Of a stretch of DNA of 64,000 nt, positions 25,925 to 36,377 are shown piece after piece. Both the position numbers and the translations under genes were made by a program. Each line of letters begins with the position of its first letter. The stretch's first letter is position 1. The stretch comes from Nitrospirota bacterium (GTDB lineage: Bacteria; Nitrospirota; UBA9217), in NCBI GenBank assembly GCA_963741205.1, contig CAVUHW010000028.1, positions 49,315 through 113,314 of the forward strand. Reading direction: 5' to 3'. The notes below the pieces were generated by a model, which was given only the letters and a program-made list of their open reading frames with translations, had not been told where the DNA came from and searched no databases.

Positions 25925-27420
25925 TTCACCCTCCTTTCCTGAGCCACCAATAAAATCGCGGAGTGCTGAGGAGGGAATCTCCTGAGGCGCCTACTCTTCA
26001 GCACCTTTACCTCTTTGATGACAATCGAAGATGCACTTCCACCCGAGGGCACCGTTTGAATCTTCGTAAGGCCGCCGGTTTCTTCGTCAATTGCGAAGGC
26101 GATGACATCTCGTGACCTCGCATGCGAGACATACAGAAACCGTCCCGAAGGGTCAACGTCAAAACCCAGAGGAAAACCGCCGCTCGGGAACGGAGAACCC
26201 GGTACGGCCGTGAGACTTCCCGTCTTCCTGTCGATGAAAGTATGCCGAGATATCATTCGATGACCGTGGTTCCCTACATAGAGGAACTTCCCCGACGGCA
26301 TCTGCTGTCAATTCGCGTGGATCGGAGCCGGCCGGGAAAGGAGACCCGGCAACGGGAGTCAAGGCGCCGCTAAGCGGATCGATGCTCAGGACCGTCACGG
26401 CGTTTTCAAAACGGTCGGTTACGAATGCGAACATGCCCGAGGCGGATAATTCGATGGCTCGAGCGCCTCTCCCCGCGGGGAACGGCGAACCCGGGATCGG
26501 GGCCAGTGCACCCGTCGCAGCATCTATCGAGTAGACCGACACGGCGTTCGAATCCCGATTCGTCACGTAGAGAAACAGGCCCGAATCACTAACTTCCAGG
26601 CCGTATGGCGCCAGACCGGTGGGAAAGGGCGAACCGGGCATTTCGGTCAGACCGCCATTATTGAGAACGTATCCTGAAACGTCGTTCGAACCCACATTCG
26701 ATAGATACAGGAACTTGCCCGCGGGATCGATCGCAATATTTCTGGGAGACACGCCCGTCGGAACGGGGGTCCCCGGCACCAGGGTCAGCATGCCTGTGAA
26801 GGGATTGATCGCGAAGCTCGCGATAGAGTTCGAGACCTGGTTGGTGACGAACAGAAAATCGGCCGCCGGATCGAGCTCCAGATAGATCGGGACTTACACC
26901 CGACGAAGAAACCGCTCCAGCGTCGCTTAATTGTCCGGTTTCAGGGTCGATTCTGAAGAGGGAGATGGTGTTCACATCCGTATTCGCCACATATGCAAAC
27001 AGGGCCCGCTCGGCCTCAAAGTTTGGACCCTTCCGGCCGGCATCTCGCTCCCGCATTCGCCGACATGGTGTTACCCTTTACCTGCGGGACCAGTCATCCC
27101 GGAACTGACTGACTGTCGCAGCACCGTTATTCAACGAGTTCCAGTCACTTGACCGGTCACATCACGGCTGCTTCCGTCGGAGAACGTGCCCATGGCGATG
27201 AAGCGGCATAGGTGTATCGGAGGCCGTCGCACCGTTGACGGCCGATACCTGAGTTGAGTAGATCCGGAACCTGCTTCGAACTATCCCTGCTGCAGCCGAT
27301 CTGCGCCGCCGCAATCAGGGAGAGGACGACTACAAAGACGAACTTCATGAGACCTCCGTACAGAACGCCATGAACATTTTTTGTCATAGCTGTATGAGGT
27401 ATTTCCATTAAATATTTCAT
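25921..27420 (-). CDS. Lipoprotein with Ig-like domain and lactonase-type beta-propeller, copy 1 (several frameshifts)
   Basis: QIG-C lipobox; blades similar to copy 2 (PGTPVPTG, GSPFPAG, LYVTNRDSN). Confidence 0.78.
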
Positions 27421-27671
27421 GTCACCCTCCTTCCCTGTGCCGCCGAAAAAATTGAGGCTGGCGCAATTTCGGACACAAAATATCCTAATTTAAAGGTATC
27501 ACTGTTTCCGGGATCTGTCAAAGCGATACTGCCGCCACGAGGCGGGAGTTCGAAAAAACAGGAACTTAGGGTGCAATACTATTATTCCTCTCGTCTATTT
27601 CAATTCCTGTTCGCCGACTCAGCCAGATTGCTCGATGTAATACCGTGGTAGCATACGAGTTGCACGAGTTC

Positions 27672-27699
27672 TTGACAACCGCCCATGCAGCGATATATT
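27672..27699 (+). promoter_or_regulatory. Possible sigma70 promoter
   Basis: TTGACA-16-TATATT about 45 nt upstream of the ATG at 27744. Confidence 0.4.
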
Positions 27700-27743
27700 T
27701 GAATCAAGAAGATTCCTGAGCAATATGAAAGGAGGCGATAATT

Positions 27744-28092
27744 ATGAAAAAAATTCTTTCCGTTGTTCTGGGAATGGGGCTCGTTCTTTCACTTGGAATG
27801 GCTTATGCGGAAGAAGGCACGGGTGGAATCGTGTATCCGAGCGAAAAGATGATCCGTGATGAGGATCTTCCCCGTTACAACCTCGATCAAGATCGATCAA
27901 CGATTAATCAGATTCCTGCAGAACCCGGTGCGGAAGGATCGGCTGCCGGGGGGATCAACAGGGAACCGGAGAGTACAGGTACTGATATCGAGCAGAATAA
28001 AGCGCCTGTCGAAAAAGTTCCCGTAGCACCCGGGGAAGAAGGAAGCAGGTGCGGGAGGAGAAAGAAAGGCTCCGGAAGGATACAGATATTAA
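27744..28092 (+). CDS. Secreted low-complexity hypothetical protein (frameshift near 28048)
   Basis: AAAGGAGG RBS; signal peptide ending AYA; two PGxEGS(A/G)AGG motifs; likely ends GYRY-TAA. Confidence 0.65.
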
Positions 28093-28181
28093 AAAAGGTT
28101 TACCACCCTGGCGAACAGGAGCAGGCATACACGTCATGTCCGGGACACGGAAGTTCGCAGTTGAGTCCCAGGCGACTCCTT

Positions 28182-28218
28182 AAAAAAAAGCCCCGCTGCG
28201 CTAATGCGAGCGGGGCTG
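28182..28218. terminator. Intrinsic terminator between convergent genes
   Basis: A8-GCCCCGCT...AGCGGGGC stem; U-tract on the minus strand. Confidence 0.65.
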
Positions 28219-28313
28219 TATCGTTCGGGGAAGAGCGAGGCCCCTCCCTTATCCGGTTGTTCATTTGATAGGTTGGGGGATAAGCTGTTACTTTTCAACG
28301 AGCCGCATATCGT

Positions 28314-28862
28314 TTAATGCGCACCTTGATGCATCATGCCGCAGCCGCCGGGGCCGGCCGCGAGAATTTCCTTTAATTTTTTCCTCTGTTCGGGGGTGAG
28401 CAGCGCTTTGACCTCTTCATGCGCCTTGACGTGAGTAAGGAACATGTCTGTCTTGAGGGCCTCATTCTTTTTCGCCGAGGCCTCGACGGCCTTCATGTCA
28501 ACGGGCTCCTTTTCGAGGAGGTCCTGAAGTTCGACATGGGCGATTATTATGTCCGCTCTCTTTTTTACCATGTCCTTGATGGTTTTCGTATGGAGAGCTT
28601 TTAGCGCTTCCTTCTGTTTATCATCCAGGTTGAGTTCCATAAAGTGTTTCCACATGGGATGGTCTTCGCCCATCATGTCGTCGCCGTGCATGCCGCCCAT
28701 TCCATGCATCATACCCTGGTGCCCCATTCCCTCCATCATCATGCCGCCGTGCATTCCTCCGCCCGCTTTTTCCATGCAGCCGCACATCTGCGCATCCGCA
28801 TTCAAGGCCGCGACCGCGATAAAGATGAAACCACCAATGATACTAACCAGACTTTTTCTCAT
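28314..28862 (-). CDS. Spy/CpxP/ZraP family periplasmic chaperone with a Met/His-rich segment
   Basis: Signal peptide, LNLDDKQ and LLTPEQR motifs. Confidence 0.85.
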   Translation of the reverse strand: MRKSLVSIIGGFIFIAVAALNADAQMCGCMEKAGGGMHGGMMMEGMGHQGMMHGMGGMHGDDMMGEDHPMWKHFMELNLDDKQKEALKALHTKTIKDMVKKRADIIIAHVELQDLLEKEPVDMKAVEASAKKNEALKTDMFLTHVKAHEEVKALLTPEQRKKLKEILAAGPGGCGMMHQGAH

Positions 28863-29009
28863 ACCTGCACCTCCCTGTTGATTTTTTTAAATATGATTAA
28901 TGGTAGCAGAGGGGGAGAGCGATTTCAACTCTTGAACCTGAAAAAGTCAGAAACCTACTGCCTTTTTCAGGTTTAATGACTTGTATGAAAGCGTCCCTTC
29001 CCGAGCGTC

Positions 29010-29888
29010 TCAGGCAAAAACCGCGATCAGGACAAACCCGGAGAACATCAGCACGGCGCCGAGTAAACGCTCACGAATGTTCCTTTCACCGAAGAGCAGG
29101 AAGCCATAAAGCACGCCGAAGAGGAGGCTCGTGCGTTTGACCGCGATCATGTAGGCAACGTTCGCCATGCTGATGGCATAATAATGAGACACCGTCGCCG
29201 TTGCGTCGAACAGCGCCGGCAGCAGAGCGATCCGGACATTGCTCCGGAGAAGATCGAAAAACCGTCCTTTTCCGCTCCTGCGGGCGATAATCGGGAGCAT
29301 GCAGATCGCCAGCGCCAGAAAGTATGTCGCCCCGAAAAAGGGCGCAGACGAGTGGTCCACCCCGATCTTTCCAAGAGCTGACGTCAGGCCGTAGATGAGC
29401 GCGATGATCAGCATGAAGAGCGACCCGCGCTCGCGCGCGATTGCGCGGAACGGTTCGAGGAACCCGGCGCGCAGGGCCGACAGGTTCAGCGTATACCCGC
29501 CCAGGCCGATCAGCGCGATGCCGGCCCCGCCCATGGCTGATACGCCCTGGCCCACGAGCACGAAGGAGATGACGATCAGAAAAACGGGAGTGACCGAGAG
29601 AAAGGGAAGCGAAAGGCTGAGCGGCGATATCCGGAGCGCCTTGTAGTAAAGCAGGAGGGCGCCCAGCTCCAGCGGCAGGGCGGCGAAAAAGGCCGCGAAG
29701 AACGCGCCGTCAACCTTCGGAAGCGGTCCGGAGAGCGCCGCTGCCGCAATGAGCGCAGGCAGGGCAAAGACAATCCGGAACCAGGCGATGACATACTCGT
29801 TCTCATGGGTTATGACCCGTTTGGTGAGGGCATCGCTCGTGGCAAGGCTGAAGGCGCTGATCAGGGACAGGATGACCCAGGTTTCCAT
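29010..29888 (-). CDS. EamA/DMT family transporter
   Basis: About 10 TM segments; SPLSLSLP, VAYMIAVKRTS. Confidence 0.85.
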   Translation of the reverse strand: METWVILSLISAFSLATSDALTKRVITHENEYVIAWFRIVFALPALIAAAALSGPLPKVDGAFFAAFFAALPLELGALLLYYKALRISPLSLSLPFLSVTPVFLIVISFVLVGQGVSAMGGAGIALIGLGGYTLNLSALRAGFLEPFRAIARERGSLFMLIIALIYGLTSALGKIGVDHSSAPFFGATYFLALAICMLPIIARRSGKGRFFDLLRSNVRIALLPALFDATATVSHYYAISMANVAYMIAVKRTSLLFGVLYGFLLFGERNIRERLLGAVLMFSGFVLIAVFA

Positions 29889-29898
29889 AACGATTCGT

Positions 29899-30630
29899 TC
29901 ATTGCATGCCGCGCCGGTTCCATACCTGAATGGCTGAACCTCGTTGATAAAGCTCGCGCCATATTTCGGACGATTTCTTCTCGAAGATCGAGCCTGCATC
30001 GGCGCTCATGACGATCCAGTCTCCTTTCGAAAGCTCCCAATCAAGCTGCCGCGCCATCCATCCCGCATATCCGGCATACAGCCGCAACTCTCTGTCCGTC
30101 TTGTGCGAGCGGATCATGTGCTCCAGGGTGCCCATGCTGGCACTGACGTAAACATTTCCGAACACGCGGCCCGACTCTTCCGGCTTTTCCCCGGACCGTA
30201 TGAGCATCAGCATCCGATGGCCCTCAACGGGTCCGCCATAGTAGACGACGCCGGCCCGATCCTTGAGGCCCGGCACTGACGGGAGCACCTCGGCAAGGGG
30301 CACCTTCGTGGGCCGGTTGATGATGAGGCCTGCCGCGCCTTCAGCGCTGTAATCGATGAGCAGGACAACGGTCTCCTCGAACCGGGGATCAACCATATTA
30401 GGGCTGGCAACGAGAAATTTCCCCTTGGCCGGCATGTCATCACTGAAGGGATCCGGCTCAGGCATTGCGGGCGCATTGGGTTTGCTGACAGGCGATAAAC
30501 CGGTATTCGCCCGCGCCGGCTCAGTGCCGGCGGAGAAGAGGGCCGAGAAGATGACAATCGCCGCAGCGACGCCAACGGCAATAAACAGCGCCTTTCGCAA
30601 TGATTGGCTCTTGAAAGATGTTAGTGACAT
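29899..30630 (-). CDS. YqgE/AlgH (DUF179) family protein with an N-terminal membrane/export segment
   Basis: GKFLVASP, FEETVVLL, GLIINRP, YGGPV, YAGYAGW...QLDWEL. Confidence 0.9.
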   Translation of the reverse strand: MSLTSFKSQSLRKALFIAVGVAAAIVIFSALFSAGTEPARANTGLSPVSKPNAPAMPEPDPFSDDMPAKGKFLVASPNMVDPRFEETVVLLIDYSAEGAAGLIINRPTKVPLAEVLPSVPGLKDRAGVVYYGGPVEGHRMLMLIRSGEKPEESGRVFGNVYVSASMGTLEHMIRSHKTDRELRLYAGYAGWMARQLDWELSKGDWIVMSADAGSIFEKKSSEIWRELYQRGSAIQVWNRRGMQ

Positions 30631-30738
30631 ATTCAAGTACATCCTCAAGCGGCGAGATGACTTCAGCTAAATACACCGTAACAGAAGAAAGCAGTGGTGT
30701 CAATGCCCGCGCGAAAGACCTGAGTTTGAGGCAGGCAA

Positions 30739-30778
30739 CAAAAAAGCCCTTCGCTATGTTTCAGGCAAAGGGCTTTTC
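30739..30778 (-). terminator. Intrinsic terminator after the glutamate synthase operon
   Basis: AAAAGCCCTT...AAGGGCTTTT inverted repeat with a U-tract. Confidence 0.65.
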
Positions 30779-30821
30779 AATTGAGGTAAATCAGACGCCG
30801 ACACGGTCGGCTCGGTCCCTA

Positions 30822-33152
30822 TTACACGTTCTCCACCATCTCCCACACGCCGCAGGGACAGATGCCCGAGCAGAAGCCGCAGCCGATGCACTTGCTTTCA
30901 TCCACCACGTACTCGAAGGACTTGTTCGGGAGCTTCCTTCTCGTGATGGCGCCGTAGTAGCAGGATTGTTCGCACATGCCGCAGTCGCGGCAGGAGCCGC
31001 AGGACATGCAGCGGTCCGCTTCCTTCTTGGCGGAGAACTTGATGTCGCCGAGGCGGCATACCTCGTAGTACTGGGTCTTAACCCTCTCGTAGGGAATCAC
31101 GCGCCGCTCTTCGGGCACGTAGTCGGTGTTCATCAGCTGAGCATTGATAACGTCGGCGGCCACCTTGCCCGCTCCGATGGCATGCGTCACGAGGCCCGGC
31201 TTGGTCGCGTCGCCGATGGCGAAGACCTTCACGTCCGAGGTCTGGCCCAGGTCGTTCACCGACGATGTAGCCGCGCTCCGTATGGATCTCCGCGGGCAGG
31301 AAATCGAGCACCGGCTTTTCGCCGATGGAGATGATCACCATGTCCGCATCCATCGAGGTGCCGTCCTTGAAGTGGATCTTCTTTGCCTTGGCGTCGTACT
31401 TCTCGGTCACCTTCGGGAACAGGATCTGCGTGCCCTTTTCCGCCGCCATCTGCTGCTCTTTGCCGAAGGATGCGGGCTTCTGAATGTCGACGCAGGTCAC
31501 GAGCTCCGCGCCGTGGTCATAGGCCTGGCACGCGATGTCCATGCCCACGTTGCCCGCGCCGATCACGACGACCTTCTTGCCTTTGAGGTTCTTCGGCTTG
31601 CCGAAGTTGATCTCTTTGAGGTAGTCGATGCCCTTGACCACGTCCTCGTGTCCCGGGAACGGGATCACGCGGCCTTCGTGCGCGCCCACGGCAATGACCA
31701 CCACGTCGTGGTGCTTGTAGATGTTTTCGAACTTTTTCCTGTCGACGTTGACCTTGGTATGGACGTTCACGCCGATCTCGGCAAAGCGCGAGAGCTCCTT
31801 GTCCAGGATCTTCTTGGGCAGGCGCTCGCGCGGAATGCACATCTCAAGCTTTCCGCCGATCTTGTCCGATGCCTCGAACAGATCAACGGTATGGCCTTTG
31901 AGGCCCAGCTGCCACGCGGTCGAGAGGCCGCCCGGACCGCCGCCGATAACGGCGACGCTGTGGCCCGTTGATTTCGCCTTCTTCGGGGCCTTGAGGTTAA
32001 GGGCTGCAGCGCCGTATTCCTTGATGTTCAAAGGCTCGTCCACCCTGCCGCGCGTGCAGTCGTGTCATGCAGAGGTTCGGGCAGACCGTGCCGCAGACCG
32101 TTGCCGGAAGCGGGCTGTACTGGAGCACGAGCGCGAGGGCTTCGGCCGTTCTCCCCTGCCGGATAAGCGTCGCGCGCTTGTGCGACGGGATGCGCGAAGG
32201 GCAGGCATAGGCGCAGGGAGGAAGGTACTTGTCGTTCTTCCATTCCGGTTTCCAGCGCCGCTCTTCGCCGGTGGTGATATAGGGAAGGACGCTGCGGTCG
32301 TGGGTCAGATAGGCGCCGAACATGCCGCCCTTGCCCACTTCCTTTTCCCATACGTTCAGGCGGAAATCCGTAAGCCCCATCTTGAGCTTGCCCTTTGCCT
32401 TGGCCTTCTCGGCCGGCGTAAAGGCGATGAGTTTCTTCCAGGCGCTCATGTCCTTCGTGAGTTCTTCGTAGTGGGACATGCGGTCGATGGCCGTAAGGTA
32501 CGGCTTCATGTTCGCGGTGAGCCACTCCCAGTCCTGCTCGCGTCAGGTCCACGAGCTTCACATCTGCCTTGCTGTATTCCTTGATCGGGCCGCGGAAATA
32601 GATCGTGCCGCCGACCATGCCCACGCAGGGACGGTAGCCCAGGATGTTCTCGGGATCGCGGGGATTGACGCCGCAGACCACGGCGATGCCTCCTGCCTTG
32701 AACTCGGCAAAGGAGTCGCCCACGCCCCGGAAATACCACGATTCGAGGTCCGGAAACCGGGGGTTCTTCTTGGTCATGGTGTCGCACCGCGCCCCGCCGC
32801 CGCCCTGGACATAGAGCTTGCCTTGGGCCCCCGCGTTATGCGCGCCGTTCGCCACGTCGCCGAGGACCGTGATGACGGCCCCGCAGTTGAGCCAGCCCGT
32901 ATCGTCGGATGATGAGCCCTTGACCACGATCTCGGTGTTGTCCATGCCCATGCTGCCCACGCGCTGGCCGGCCGTGCCTTCGATGGCCACCTTGACCTTC
33001 TCGCCGCGCGGCCAGATGCGTCCGCCGATGCCGTGCTGGCCGTCGGCGACCACGGTGATGTCTTTGGCCCCGTCCTTAACGGCCTTCTGGAGCTGCTCTT
33101 CGAGGTCTTTCGAAGAGACCCGTTTCCCGTCGATATTGCCTTTGATTATCAT
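30822..33152 (-). CDS. Glutamate synthase GXGXG (GltB3) domain fused to GltD-like FAD/NAD(P) oxidoreductase with C-terminal 4Fe-4S ferredoxin (frameshifted)
   Basis: GQHGIGG, AEFKAGG, PPCAYACP, GGGPGG, GAGNVG, CMSCGSCRDC, CIGCGFCSGICP. Confidence 0.88.
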
Positions 33153-33170
33153 GTCATCAACCTTTTATTA

Positions 33171-33250
33171 GACGCAGATCTTCGCAGATGTGCGCAGATA
33201 GATAACTGATTCTTTTGATTAATCCGCGTCAATCTGCGTTCATCTGCGGC
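33171..33250. repeat. Intergenic inverted repeat with 9-nt periodic arms
   Basis: ACGCAGATC-TTCGCAGAT-GTGCGCAGAT versus ATCCGCGTC-AATCTGCGT-TCATCTGCGG. Confidence 0.8.
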
Positions 33251-33290
33251 CAAAATGTTTTAACTTTTCTCTGTGTTCTTCCGCGATTAC

Positions 33291-34947
33291 TTAACACACA
33301 TACTGAAATCTGCAGCCGGTCCGCGATCTCCTTGTCGTTGACGCCCAGAGCGTCCGACATGCCGATCGGCAGCTCGGTGCTTCGGCCCAGCGGCGCGAAG
33401 ATTTTCTTGAGTTCCACGTCCGCGGCCTTGAACACTTCGACCACCCGCTCCGCCACTTTGTCGGGGTCGAGACGGCGGTAGAGCTTGGGGTCCTGTGTCG
33501 TGATGCCGCGCGGGCACTTGCCGAGGTTGCAGACGTTGCAGCGGTTGTACTCGTCGCCGAAGCAGCCTGCAGCCGCCTGCATGATGTACTTGCCGATGTC
33601 CACTGCGGACGCGCCGAGCATGATCAGGGCCGCCGCGTTCGCGGCGAGGTTGCCGCCCTTGCCCACGCCGCCCGCCGCGATCAGCGGCAGCTCGTTCTGC
33701 TTGCCCTGCTTCACGAGGTCGAGGTAGCAGTCGCGGATATTCGAGGCGATGGGATGCCCCATCTTGTCCATGGAAACGTTGTAGGCCGCGCCCGTGCCGC
33801 CGTCCTCGCCGTCGATGCAAAGCGCCGCGGCGTAAGGGTTGCGGGCAAGGTTGTTCAGCACCGCGCGGGCCGTCTTGGTGCCGGAGATCTTGGGATAGAC
33901 CGGCACGCGGAAGCCCCAGGCCATGGACATGGACTGGATCATCTTGGCGACGGCCTCTTCGATGGAGTATTTCGTCTGGTGCGTCGGCGGCGATGCCAGG
34001 TCGACGAACTGCGGCACGCCGCGGATCTTGGCGATCAGGCCCAGGACTTTGTAGGCCTGGAGCAGCCCGCCGTCGCCGGGCTTTGCGCCCTGGCCGTACT
34101 TGATCTCGATGGCGGCGGGGTCCTCGATCATGTCCGGAAGGGCATGGATGATCTCGTCCCAGCCGAAGTAGCCCGACGCGATCTGGAGGATGAAGTATTT
34201 GATGTAGCGTGATTTCAGGATGCTCGGGGGCATGCCGCCTTCGCCCGAGCACATGACCACGGGCAGGCCTTCCACTTCGTTCAGATAGGTGATGCCCATG
34301 GCGAGGCCTTCCCACATGTGCGGGGAGAGAGCGCCGATGGACATGCTGCCGATGCGGATGGGATAGATCTCGCGCACCGGCGGGATGAAGGTAGCGCCGG
34401 AGATGGCCAGCCTGTCGCCTTCAACCTTGAGCGGAAGCTGCTCCGGCGGAAGGTTCCTGCCCAGAAGCGTCCTGATGCGGAACTCGTGCCGGCCGGCGTC
34501 AAGCGCCGGGTCGGTCAGCATCGAGATGCGCGTGAATTTCAGCTTATCGAGCGTCGAGGTAGACGGATCGTTCCGCCGTCCGCCGCGCATGAAGGGGATG
34601 CCGCCCTTGTTCTTGAAATGGTAGAGCTTGTGCTGGAAATTGTATTCCGGGAAAATGGCGTCCGTGGGGCAGACGAGGGAGCACGTGCCGCAGCCGATGC
34701 AGTAACGCTCGATCTCCGTTGCCTGGCGCACGACATGGGTCAGCCGCCGTGTAACTTTCGGCTCGGGGCTTGCCCCCTCGGAGGTTACCACCCGCTGGGT
34801 ATAGACCGCGGCCTCGATGGCCTTCATGGGGCAGACGGCCGTGCAGCGGCCGCACCGGGTGCAGCGGTCCTCGCGCCACTGGATGATATAGGGAAGCTCT
34901 TTTATCGAGAGCTGATGGTTCTGATCTAACCGTGAAGCTGGTTCCAT
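33291..34947 (-). CDS. Glutamate synthase FMN-binding subunit (GltB2) with N-terminal 4Fe-4S motifs
   Basis: CTRCGRCTAVCP, CIGCGTCSLVCP, MSIGALS, QIASGYFG, KYGQGAKPGDGG, CPRGITTQDP. Confidence 0.92.
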
Positions 34948-36035
34948 ACCTTAACCTCCCGCGCGCCGGGCGCGATGATCACCATGTCGTACTTCATGGG
35001 GAAGATGTCCTTCGTCTTGTCCCGGTCCGGGATTGCGCTGTCCACGCCGCAGACCTCGGACATGAGCGCGTACTTGCCGGGCTTGCCGCCCACCGCGCCG
35101 GGCCGGAGCTTCTTCGAGTCCTGCACCATGAAGACCGTGCCGTCCGGCGTGAACCCGATCACGCAGTTCGGTCCGTCGATGCAGAGCGGGCGAAGAGATT
35201 TTTTGAGGAGCTTGAGCGCCGGCGCGTCGGAGCGGCCGGCGATCTCCGCGTCCTTCATCGGCGTGATGATGTCTTTATAGTAATGGAGCGGGTACCCGAG
35301 GGTCCTGTTCGTGTAGTGCATGATGTGGGTGAAGACCTCGGAGTCCGAATTGTAGCCCATGTAGCCGGGGTTGCCGCGGCCCGTGAGGAACTCGCGGATC
35401 GGCACAAAGGCCGTGTTCTCGCCGTTCGTCATCGTGGCGTAGCCCTGGATGAAGAAGGGATGGCAGGCGTAGAGGTAGATGGCGTAGTTCGTGTTCTGCC
35501 TGCCCTGGGCCAGGACGATCTTTGACTTGAGGCCCGACTTCTCCAGACCGAAGAATTCGCCGAGCTGCAGGGGGTCGCCCACTTCTTTGAGCGTCAGAAC
35601 GTCGGGATAGAAGGAGAACACGAAGAGCGACCCGTCCGGCTCGCCCATGCACCGGAGCGAGAGCCTCGTGTGCATCAGGAGGTCTTCCTGTTCCCTTTTC
35701 GTCTTGTCCTTGTACGCAGCGGGATAATCGTAGACCTTCGCGATATAATGCTCGCGACGTTCGACCCCCGCTACGTTCTTGATCGGCGGCTCCCAGGAGA
35801 ACTTCTCCGTGAAGCCCTGGGCCTTCATATAGTCTTCGAGCATGGACAGGCCTTTGTTCGAGCAGATGGCGGACAGCGTGGGATACTGCTTATAGTCCGC
35901 AAACGGCCCGGCCATGTCCTTGAGCATGAGCCCGAGGCCCGATCCGTCATGGCCTTCCTTCATGGTCTCGAGCGAATGGATGTTCTCCATGGGAGAAATA
36001 TAATCGCCCGATGTAATTGCACTCAAACGGCACAT
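34926..36035 (-). CDS. Glutamate synthase amidotransferase subunit (GltB1, Ntn class II)
   Basis: Starts M-C-R-L; GRQNTN, CHPF, NGEN, SDSEVF, DSKKLRP. Confidence 0.9.
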   Translation of the reverse strand: MCRLSAITSGDYISPMENIHSLETMKEGHDGSGLGLMLKDMAGPFADYKQYPTLSAICSNKGLSMLEDYMKAQGFTEKFSWEPPIKNVAGVERREHYIAKVYDYPAAYKDKTKREQEDLLMHTRLSLRCMGEPDGSLFVFSFYPDVLTLKEVGDPLQLGEFFGLEKSGLKSKIVLAQGRQNTNYAIYLYACHPFFIQGYATMTNGENTAFVPIREFLTGRGNPGYMGYNSDSEVFTHIMHYTNRTLGYPLHYYKDIITPMKDAEIAGRSDAPALKLLKKSLRPLCIDGPNCVIGFTPDGTVFMVQDSKKLRPGAVGGKPGKYALMSEVCGVDSAIPDRDKTKDIFPMKYDMVIIAPGAREVKVWNQLHG

Positions 36036-36221
36036 GATTAACTCCTCAAAAAAAATCGAATAGCGCAGAGCGCATGGCAGCAACCATTCTGATCGCCTGC
36101 CATAGACGCTACGCCCTATGCTCTATGCGCTTTGTGGTATTGATGTATCAGGTCTTTGTTTCCGGCGGGAACACCCTTTTGGTTCGGCTACAAACGACCC
36201 TCTAACCTTCGCTGCGGTGGT

Positions 36222-36248
36222 AAAAAAAGCCCCTCAACAGGGGCTTTT
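36222..36248 (-). terminator. Terminator-like hairpin in the glt 5' leader (candidate attenuator)
   Basis: AAAAGCCCC-N6-GGGGCTTTT ending in U7 on the minus strand; no gene ends here. Confidence 0.6.
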
Positions 36249-36279
36249 GGGCGCGGGCAAACCACAGCCAAACTTAGAT

Positions 36280-36309
36280 AAAATACACCTGATAGTGCGC
36301 TTGTGTCAA
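36280..36309 (-). promoter_or_regulatory. Probable sigma70 promoter for the glt operon
   Basis: TTGACA-18-TATTTT on the minus strand. Confidence 0.5.
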
Positions 36310-36377
36310 GCCGAAAGTTCTCTGTTATGCCGGAGATAGAGGATTGGCAAAACAGAGAAGTATGTTACAATCCCCTC

